A DNA stretch of 15,147 bases, taken from the NCBI GenBank assembly GCA_030619825.1, contig JAUXAS010000016.1, forward strand, positions 1-15,147, given 5' to 3'. A model generated the notes under the pieces. That model did not search any database. It had not been told where the DNA came from and saw only the letters and a list, made by a program, of their open reading frames with translations. This DNA comes from Hadesarchaea archaeon. GTDB lineage: Archaea > Hadarchaeota > Hadarchaeia > Hadarchaeales > Hadarchaeaceae. Each line of letters starts with the position of its first letter. Position 1 is the stretch's first letter. Shown here piece after piece: positions 1 to 6,172 of the stretch. A program made the translations under genes and the position numbers.

Positions 1-1
1 G

Positions 2-172
2 ACGGAGATGGAATGCTCCACGATCTACACGCTCTGCGGCATCAACGGCTGGCGAGGCGGCGGAGTACTAGCAATCATAGGCCCTATCGGAAAAATAGTC
101 GACCCGCACGCGGGCATCGATAAAGCAATTGACGTCGCGATCGAAGCGGTCAAAATTTTGGCGAAACGTTAA
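2..172 (+). CDS. Nucleoside phosphorylase (PNP/UDP family), 3' end only, running in from the window edge
   Basis: Not in the ORF track. Frame 2 reads TEMECSTIYTLCGINGWRGGGVLAIIGPIGKIVDPHAGIDKAIDVAIEAVKILAKR* (TAA at 170-172). The EME motif followed by a helix/strand and a final AIEAV helix is typical of hexameric uridine/purine nucleoside phosphorylases. Confidence 0.8.
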   Translation, partial: TEMECSTIYTLCGINGWRGGGVLAIIGPIGKIVDPHAGIDKAIDVAIEAVKILAKR

Positions 173-180
173 GGCAATCA

Positions 181-612
181 ATGTTAGGGTCTTGGATGAA
201 TCTCAAGCTCAAACGCGATGGTTTAAAGGCAATTGATGGGCACGTGCTGAAAAGTTTCCCCCGCGAGTGTTGTGGGTTACTCCTCGGCAAGTTCGGGGAA
301 AACGTCATCGAGGTTGAGGAGGTCGTCGGGGCTGATAACGTACTCGGCTCACCCGTCGCATTCGAGGCCGACGCGGAGCTGGTGTTCAAGACGATCAAGC
401 GGGCCGAGAAAAGTGGGCTAGAGCTGGTCGGCATTTACCACTCCCACCCCAAAATCGCGGCCTACGTGAGCGCTCGTGACTCGGAAATGATGAAGCTTTG
501 GCAGGGGTTCGCTTGGCTGATTGTCAGCGCGGCGAAGGAGCGAGTCGTCGAGCGAAAAGCGTATATGCCGAAGGATGGCGAGATCGGAGAGTTAGAAATC
601 GCTGTTATGTAA
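181..612 (+). CDS. JAMM/MPN+ (Mov34/JAB) zinc metalloprotease, desampylase/Mec-like
   Basis: PRECCGLLLG carries the catalytic Glu; GIYHSHPKIAAYVSARD fits the JAMM H-x-H-x7-S-x2-D motif. An alternative start is ATG at 196. Confidence 0.92.
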   Translation: MLGSWMNLKLKRDGLKAIDGHVLKSFPRECCGLLLGKFGENVIEVEEVVGADNVLGSPVAFEADAELVFKTIKRAEKSGLELVGIYHSHPKIAAYVSARDSEMMKLWQGFAWLIVSAAKERVVERKAYMPKDGEIGELEIAVM

Positions 613-615
613 GGT

Positions 616-1824
616 TCACTCGATGGTTAGGCCTTGATCCTTAGCTATTTCTAGAAACGCCTTCGCAACGTGCTCCACCTTTGCTTTGGTCAGCCCATAA
701 GTGTTGAGCTTAAAGTGCTTTGTCAGCCCAGGCTGGATCCCAACGATGTTTCTGCGCTTGAGCTCGTCGTACAAGAAGAACCCGCGGCGCTTGTGGGCCT
801 GCGACGCTTTGTAGAGCCCCTCCGACTCCATGTGGGTAAGGGTGTGTTGTTTGGGCTTGACCCCCAGCTGTCGTGTCCCTTCGATTCGCTCGAGCTGCTC
901 GATGAGATACCTAGCTTTTTCCACCTCTTCACCCCAATGCTCTACCCGATCAACCACGTGAGGGAAGGAAGCCATCAGCGAGATAAGCGGGCCACCCATG
1001 ACCGTGCAGCCCAGCAGAGCGTACTCCTTGAGCCCGAATTTGCGCTCGCTCCAGTCGCCCACCATCTTCGACCTCGCCAGCACCCGGTCGACCAGCTCCT
1101 CCTTGAGTGCCAAGATGCCGGTCGGGGCGCTCGCCGCCCATGACTTGTGCCCGCTCGAGACGAGGATGTCCACGTCAAGCTTTTTTCCATCGATAGGCAT
1201 GACGCCACCCGTGTAAGCCGCGTTCAGAATGAAAGGTATTTCATATTTTTTACATATTTTTCCCACTACTGCAGCGTCATTCAGGTTGCCGTATAGATAA
1301 TCGACGTGGGTGAGCAGCACCGCAGCGGGGAGTTTCCCGGTCTCCCGCTTGACCTCCTCTATTTTGTCGGCATATGCATCCAAGTCGAGCTTGAACTCCG
1401 GGTGGCCGCTGTGGGGCACCTCCTTTACTTTAAGTCTGGCGAGTTCTGCGGCTATGTAGGTTGAGTAGTGAGCTAGGCCATCGACGACCACGTAGTCGCC
1501 GGGTTCCCCGAGCGTCGCGAAGGCTATGAATTGTGCTTCCCTGCAGCGCGTCACCACTCGGGCGACGTCCATGCTTAGGAACTCCGCTAGGTCCTGCATG
1601 AACTGGGCTATGGGGGGACGCTCGATGGCGTCGAGCCTCGCAGCCTTCGGCGGGCACCAGTCACAGGTTGAGTACCCGTCGCCGAACTCCAGCAGCGCCT
1701 TCCGCGCGGCATCGGTGAGTACTCCCCCTCGCTGAATGGGGTGGAGGTTGATGTATCGCTCCTCCTTGAATTCGCGCTGGAGGTTGAGATATTTCCCAAG
1801 CCTTTCTTTCGGTATTTTGGTCAT
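616..1824 (-). CDS. pscS: O-phospho-L-seryl-tRNA:Cys-tRNA synthase (SepCysS)
   Basis: INLHPIQRGG and EFGDGYSTCDWC (CxxC), PLP-lysine motif SGHKSWAASAPTGIL, LLGCT third conserved Cys, RGFFLYDELK and FKLNTYGL C-terminal motifs; 402 aa. Confidence 0.96.
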   Translation of the reverse strand: MTKIPKERLGKYLNLQREFKEERYINLHPIQRGGVLTDAARKALLEFGDGYSTCDWCPPKAARLDAIERPPIAQFMQDLAEFLSMDVARVVTRCREAQFIAFATLGEPGDYVVVDGLAHYSTYIAAELARLKVKEVPHSGHPEFKLDLDAYADKIEEVKRETGKLPAAVLLTHVDYLYGNLNDAAVVGKICKKYEIPFILNAAYTGGVMPIDGKKLDVDILVSSGHKSWAASAPTGILALKEELVDRVLARSKMVGDWSERKFGLKEYALLGCTVMGGPLISLMASFPHVVDRVEHWGEEVEKARYLIEQLERIEGTRQLGVKPKQHTLTHMESEGLYKASQAHKRRGFFLYDELKRRNIVGIQPGLTKHFKLNTYGLTKAKVEHVAKAFLEIAKDQGLTIE

Positions 1825-1831
1825 GTGTCAC

Positions 1832-2842
1832 CTACTTGCTACAGACCGGGCAATTTGGGTTCTGTTCGACCCTGAATTCATTAAATGTCATGTTTCTTCC
1901 ATTGAATATCAGCATTCGCCCGACGAGTGGCTCGCCCACTCCCGTGATGAGCTTAATCGCCTCCATCGCCTGCAGGCAGCCGATGACTCCGGGCGTGGCC
2001 CCCAGCACGGGAAAGACGGGCTTTTTTGGGGGCTCTTTGGGTATGGCGCATTTTAAGCATGGGCCCTCGCCCGGTAAAATAGTCATCATTTGACCAACAA
2101 ACCCCTCAACGGCACCATGAACGAAGGGGATGTGGTTGTGCACACAGGTCTCGTTAAGCAGGTAGCGCATGGGATAGTTGTCCATACCATCGACGACGAC
2201 ATCCGCCCCTTTGATGAGTTTATTCACGTTCTTGGGGGTTATTCGCTTGAGCTGGCTATCCACCTTAACGTTGGGATTAATCGCGAGCAACTTTTTGACC
2301 GCTGACTCCGCCTTCGACCGCCCCACATCGAGTTCCCAGTGCAACACTTGGCGGTTGAGATTCGTTAGGTCAACTTGCTGCGCATCGATAATCGTCAAGT
2401 GTCCGACCCCCGCGACGACGAGATAAATCGAAGATGGGCTACCTAACCCCCCCAATCCAGCGACGAATACGTGGGCCCGCTTCAGCTTGAGCTGTCCCCG
2501 CTTGCCGAGACCTGGGATGATGATTTGACGGCTGTAGCGCTTGAGTTCGTCGGACGTGAGCTTGCCCCCAGCTACGGGTGGAAAGATCGCCACCACGTCT
2601 TCGTCTTTTAGTGGAGTGTTCAGCTCTTGTAGGAGACGTATCGGCTTACCGTTCACCAAAATATTCACCGTTCCGCGGAGTTTCCGCGTGCCCGGCGAGT
2701 AAAGTTGTTCGGCCAACCTCTCTTCAAACCTGCGAACGAGCTCATCCAGCAGGGAAGCAACGTTTTTTGCCCCTTCAATCCTTTCCTGTTCCCTCCCCGT
2801 CAGCTCGCGGAAGTTCGCGAAGAACTTCACGGTAATTGCCAT
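1832..2842 (-). CDS. Fusion of a MoaD/ThiS/SAMP ubiquitin-like domain (aa 1-93, ending PPVAGG) and a ThiF/MoeB/UbaA E1-like adenylyltransferase
   Basis: N-terminal VKFFANFRE...ILVNG...VAIFPPVAGG (2842-2564), then LTSDELKRYSRQI, GLGGLG nucleotide-binding loop, TNLNRQ, DGMDN, and Zn-binding CLKC and CPVC. There is no stop codon at the junction. Confidence 0.93.
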   Translation of the reverse strand: MAITVKFFANFRELTGREQERIEGAKNVASLLDELVRRFEERLAEQLYSPGTRKLRGTVNILVNGKPIRLLQELNTPLKDEDVVAIFPPVAGGKLTSDELKRYSRQIIIPGLGKRGQLKLKRAHVFVAGLGGLGSPSSIYLVVAGVGHLTIIDAQQVDLTNLNRQVLHWELDVGRSKAESAVKKLLAINPNVKVDSQLKRITPKNVNKLIKGADVVVDGMDNYPMRYLLNETCVHNHIPFVHGAVEGFVGQMMTILPGEGPCLKCAIPKEPPKKPVFPVLGATPGVIGCLQAMEAIKLITGVGEPLVGRMLIFNGRNMTFNEFRVEQNPNCPVCSK

Positions 2843-2964
2843 CAGTTTCCCCTCTCAAGTTGATAGCTGGGTTTAGTATCCCTAAAAATCTGTCTTAAGT
2901 CTGTTAATGCAAATAGTGCTTCGAAAGTTTGTCCTACCTCTTTTTCCCTCATGAAACCATCACC

Positions 2965-3040
2965 TGGAGCCGGGGGCCGGATTTGAACCGGCGAATAGCG
3001 GGTCTGCAGCCCACCGCCTTAACCACTAGGCTACCCCGGC
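2965..3040 (-). tRNA. tRNA-Cys: tRNA-Cys (anticodon GCA), 76 nt, CCA encoded, no intron
   Basis: The reverse complement folds as GCCGGGG TA GCCT AGTGGTTA AGGC G GTGGG CT-GCA-GA CCCGC TATTC GCCGG TTCAAAT CCGGC CCCCGGC T CCA: 7-bp acceptor stem, G1-C72, U73 discriminator, G37. Confidence 0.98.
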
Positions 3041-3058
3041 ATGTTTTACAGAATCTTC

Positions 3059-3340
3059 TTATCCCCCCGATACAGGTGGAAAAATTGCCACTCCATCACC
3101 GTCTTTCAGGAATGTGTTTAATCCACAGAGAAGGCGTATGCCCTTGCAATTCACCAAAATGTTGACAGTTTCGAGTAATTCCCGTGTCCCCGGCGAGTAC
3201 AGCTGCTTGGCTAGCTTGTCCCCGAACCTACGAACGAGCTCGTCTAACAGAGAGGAGACATTTCCCACTCCTTCAACACTCTCCTGCTCTTTTCCAGTTA
3301 TCTCACGAAAATTCGCGAAGAATTTTACTATGATTGCCAT
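3059..3340 (-). CDS. Free MoaD/ThiS/SAMP1-family ubiquitin-like sulfur carrier (93 aa, C-terminal GG)
   Basis: MAIIVKFFANFREITG...VAIFPPVSGG*. ATG at 3340 has GGTGA upstream and aligns with the paralog start, so it is preferred over the ORF-track start at 3358. Confidence 0.93.
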   Translation of the reverse strand: MAIIVKFFANFREITGKEQESVEGVGNVSSLLDELVRRFGDKLAKQLYSPGTRELLETVNILVNCKGIRLLCGLNTFLKDGDGVAIFPPVSGG

Positions 3341-4134
3341 CGATCTCTCACCACGCATTGGGGTTCTAAAATGGAAAGTAAATCTGTATCATATGCTCGA
3401 TATTTTCTTGAAGTGGTTGAGAGCTCTCCTTCAGATGAGACTTGGATTAGCTTTGGTAATTTACCAGAAGTGCCGATGTAGTCCTCTTTCATGACCAAAC
3501 AGCCTCGAATTTTCGGGGTAGCGTCAGCTCGGTCTAAGCCTCGTTTGATCGACGCTTCAACATCCGTTCCCTCCACTGCATTTGCTACGGATGTTGCCGC
3601 GGCGTCAGCAATCGATGCCTCACGTGCGATTACGACGACAGCGTCCGCATCACCAAAACTTACAGAATGCCCCACCGTGCCTGAACTCGTGCAAATGCCT
3701 ATTGGCAGCTCCTTTCCTTGAACGAGAAAACCTATTTTCCCAGAAATTTTTGCTTTCCCCGCATAGATCCCCACGCGAAATTCCTGATTCCCAATGATGG
3801 AGATGTCGCCACCGTTTTCGACCAAAACATTCTTGGCACCCACACTGATCGCTGCCTCAGTCGCGACCTGCGAGATCGCCCCAGCAACGGCCGCAAATGG
3901 GCCAACATCCGCAAGCAGTGCGGCTCTAAGCATCAATCCTATTATCCTCGGATACCCCTCCGCGTTCAGGCGCAGCGGCTCGAGTGAGTATCTAAATTCC
4001 GGATGCCTAACTATGAATCTCTCAATGCAACGCCTAGCTTCAAGAGCTGCGCTCACGGCCGCGTTTATTGCCTGCTCGGTGCCCGATTTGACTACTAGGT
4101 TTGTTTCCTTGAATGACCATGCACGAGTGTACAT
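3328..4134 (-). CDS. UPF0280 / COG2122 ApbE-like protein (MA1715-type sulfide-assimilation protein)
   Basis: VGPFAAVAGAIS, VENGGDI, GICTSSGTVGHSVSFGDADAVVV and ADAAATSVAN motifs; adjacent to the COG1900 and NIL-ferredoxin genes. Confidence 0.93.
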   Translation of the reverse strand: MYTRAWSFKETNLVVKSGTEQAINAAVSAALEARRCIERFIVRHPEFRYSLEPLRLNAEGYPRIIGLMLRAALLADVGPFAAVAGAISQVATEAAISVGAKNVLVENGGDISIIGNQEFRVGIYAGKAKISGKIGFLVQGKELPIGICTSSGTVGHSVSFGDADAVVVIAREASIADAAATSVANAVEGTDVEASIKRGLDRADATPKIRGCLVMKEDYIGTSGKLPKLIQVSSEGELSTTSRKYRAYDTDLLSILEPQCVVRDRWQS

Positions 4135-4150
4135 TCATTTCTGCCCCCCA

Positions 4151-4552
4151 TCAAAATTTTGATATCTCGAGCGCTCTCACCGGACAAGACGGTACACAGA
4201 TTTCGCAGTAAATGCACTTGTCCTCGTCGAGTTCGATTGAATAATCATCGGTCAACCGGAGTGCCCCGGTGGGACAGAGCGAGAGGCACGCACCGCAGTC
4301 GAAACATTTTTCCTCATCGAGCTGAATTGCACGTTTGAGTTCCTTGGTCTCGATTCCATTTTGTTCGAAAAGTTCGATGGCCCGCTTCGCTTCTGCATCG
4401 GGAGCGTCGATTGCGAGCAGGATCTCCCCACCCTCTGCGTCGAACTTCGCATGTAGGATGTTCATAAGCGTACCCGTCTCCTTGATGATCAAGGCCAGTA
4501 TCGGTTTCTTTGCCTTTTCAGCCGAATATTTTAATAGTACTTTCTTCGTCAC
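4151..4552 (-). CDS. NIL-domain 2[4Fe-4S] ferredoxin, Fe-S subunit of L-aspartate semialdehyde sulfurtransferase (MA1822/MJ0099-like)
   Basis: PILA...NILHA NIL domain, then CFDCGACLSLCP and CIYCEICVPSCP. The GTG start overlaps the upstream TGA (GTGA at 4549-4552). Confidence 0.93.
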   Translation of the reverse strand: MTKKVLLKYSAEKAKKPILALIIKETGTLMNILHAKFDAEGGEILLAIDAPDAEAKRAIELFEQNGIETKELKRAIQLDEEKCFDCGACLSLCPTGALRLTDDYSIELDEDKCIYCEICVPSCPVRALEISKF

Positions 4553-6063
4553 CTTCTTCGCCTCCCGATCAGCTTTGATATGTCTTCGCTCGTGAGGATA
4601 CCTCTCAACTCCCCCCCTGTACTCACCACCGGGACTCCCGAAATCCCGTGCGTTTCAAGCTTCCTCGCAATCGCGTCGATGGGTTCATTCTCGGACGCCA
4701 CGATGACCTTGGAAGTCAATATCTCCGATAGTCTCCTCTTGCCAGTTCCGACCGCTACTGCAATGTCCCATGAGGTCACGATGCCCACGAGCTTCCCTTT
4801 TTCATCGACGATTGGCAGGTGGTCAAAGTTTTGTTTCGAGAATATCTTCGCCGCGCTGGTGATCGAATCGCTTGGTTTGGCGGTTACTACCTCCCTTGTC
4901 ATCAAGTCTTTGGCAACAGGGGCAGCGGTAATTTGTCTCATCGGCTGGAACACTTGGTCCGTCGATAGCCCTTCAACTGTTTGGGTGAGGAAAAACTTTT
5001 TGTCTTCGATCCACTTTTTCAGGGTGCCAGCAATTTCTCTTGCCTGCTTCAAGCTGCTAAGAGGACTGACTGGTATCTCCTTTCCCCCAACTTCAACTCT
5101 CCCCGATTTCAGCTCGGCGTACGTGACTTCCCTTAGGATCGGGCGCTCCCTCCTCGGAACCCCATAATCAGTGAGATTGGTCCTTATCTCCTCATCGCTG
5201 ATGCCAGTCGTCTTAGCAACGCGCTCGTTTATGATCGGGATGGGAATACCCAAGCCGACGTATAGCGAGGTCCCGTATCCTTCGATCGTCGCCCCCCTGA
5301 TGTAGCGCGCGTCCATCTCCTTGAGGTCTCCGATGGTCATGATGGTCCCCATTGCTTTGGTCGGCGCGTGCTGGGTGCCCTCCCAGAAGATGTAGCCTTG
5401 GGCACCACCTAGGAAGATTCGCGTCCCGACGCCAATTGTTTCGTAATTTGGGTCGTTGTGCAGCGGGCTAAGAGCACCGGAGCCGGAGTAGGTCACGTTG
5501 CCGTAGTTCGGCAGCAGGGTGCCCATGTAAGTGTAGATCGTTTCATCGCGCGAGTTTGTGGCCGCGACGTATCGCTGGTAAGCATTGCGCGGGTTACAGA
5601 GCACCGCCTGATTTAAATCATCCTTGGTCACGGTGGTTTCGAGCTCCTTGCGTGGATAGCAGTCGGTACCGTACGCTATCGCCTTGACCTCGATTTCCTG
5701 CCCTCGGACCAAATCTTCGATGACATGCCCGCCGCCGTACTCAAAGCCGCGGGTCTCGCTTAGCTGGGTGGCGCCTATGTATGCATCGACGGCAGCGACG
5801 CCGCTGTAAGCTTCGACATCGTTGAGCCAGAGGCGCTGCATTTTAATCGGCGGGTCAGCATGCCCGAAGTTCAACCAGGCTCCCGAGCTGCACATCGCCC
5901 CGAAGGTACCGGTGGCGACGACATCTACTTCTTTGGCAGCCTCGACTTCACCCCTTTCCCTCACGATTTCTACCATTTCCTCCGCTGTCACGACCACCGC
6001 ATCGCCGCGCTTGATTCGGTCGTTTATCGCGGCTACCGACTTGTTCACCTTTGTTTTGGTCAA
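4549..6063 (-). CDS. L-aspartate semialdehyde sulfurtransferase (homocysteine biosynthesis, COG1900/DUF39 + CBS pair; MA1821/MJ0100-like)
   Basis: VVVTAEE, VDVVATGTFGAMCSSGA, YGGGHVIEDLV, YGTDCYPRK, NPRNAYQ, YTYMGTLLP and two C-terminal CBS repeats. TTG start preceded by GGGGTG. Confidence 0.95.
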   Translation of the reverse strand: MTKTKVNKSVAAINDRIKRGDAVVVTAEEMVEIVRERGEVEAAKEVDVVATGTFGAMCSSGAWLNFGHADPPIKMQRLWLNDVEAYSGVAAVDAYIGATQLSETRGFEYGGGHVIEDLVRGQEIEVKAIAYGTDCYPRKELETTVTKDDLNQAVLCNPRNAYQRYVAATNSRDETIYTYMGTLLPNYGNVTYSGSGALSPLHNDPNYETIGVGTRIFLGGAQGYIFWEGTQHAPTKAMGTIMTIGDLKEMDARYIRGATIEGYGTSLYVGLGIPIPIINERVAKTTGISDEEIRTNLTDYGVPRRERPILREVTYAELKSGRVEVGGKEIPVSPLSSLKQAREIAGTLKKWIEDKKFFLTQTVEGLSTDQVFQPMRQITAAPVAKDLMTREVVTAKPSDSITSAAKIFSKQNFDHLPIVDEKGKLVGIVTSWDIAVAVGTGKRRLSEILTSKVIVASENEPIDAIARKLETHGISGVPVVSTGGELRGILTSEDISKLIGRRRR

Positions 6064-6101
6064 CCTAACACCCCGGTTTGAAAAAATGTTGCAAATACTG
6101 A

Positions 6102-6116
6102 TATTTATATTTTTCC
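6102..6116 (-). promoter_or_regulatory. Archaeal BRE-TATA promoter of the sulfur-assimilation operon
   Basis: The minus strand reads GGAAAAA-TATAAATA about 40 nt upstream of the TTG at 6063, leaving room for a short leader with an RBS. Confidence 0.65.
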
Positions 6117-6144
6117 ATTTAAAAAATTACTCACAGGAATATTG

Positions 6145-6170
6145 AAAAATTGGGTTTTTTGCACCAATTT
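6145..6170 (-). terminator. Possible copA terminator (short hairpin + T run)
   Basis: Directly after the copA stop the minus strand reads AAATTGG-TGCAAAAAAC-CCAATTT-TT: a 7-bp inverted repeat ending in a T tract, in AT-rich DNA. Confidence 0.35.
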
Positions 6171-6172
6171 AT

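Larger units (their letters stand above)
2564..3340 (-). repeat. Diverged tandem duplication of the Ubl coding unit (3340-3062 and 2842-2564) flanking tRNA-Cys
   Basis: Both units are 93 aa and align without gaps; 70/93 identical residues by manual count (about 75%). Confidence 0.9.

Noticed and set aside
2965..3040. tRNA-Cys as an integration site (att) of a mobile element
   Set aside because: I found no second copy of the tRNA 3' end and no integrase; the flanking genes are functionally coherent with the tRNA.
2929..3165. 78-aa ORF (WSRGPDLNRR...)
   Set aside because: Typical spurious translation of the antisense strand of a tRNA gene.
670..5167. Plus-strand ORFs such as 670-1143, 3114-3494, 3794-4162 and 4580-5167
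   Set aside because: They lie opposite well-supported minus-strand genes and show no family signatures.
6085..6100. SurR-like GTTnnnAAC sulfur-regulator site (GTTGCAAAT), and GTTTACTAAC at 8642
   Set aside because: Each deviates from the consensus (a mismatch or wrong spacing) and is expected by chance in AT-rich DNA.
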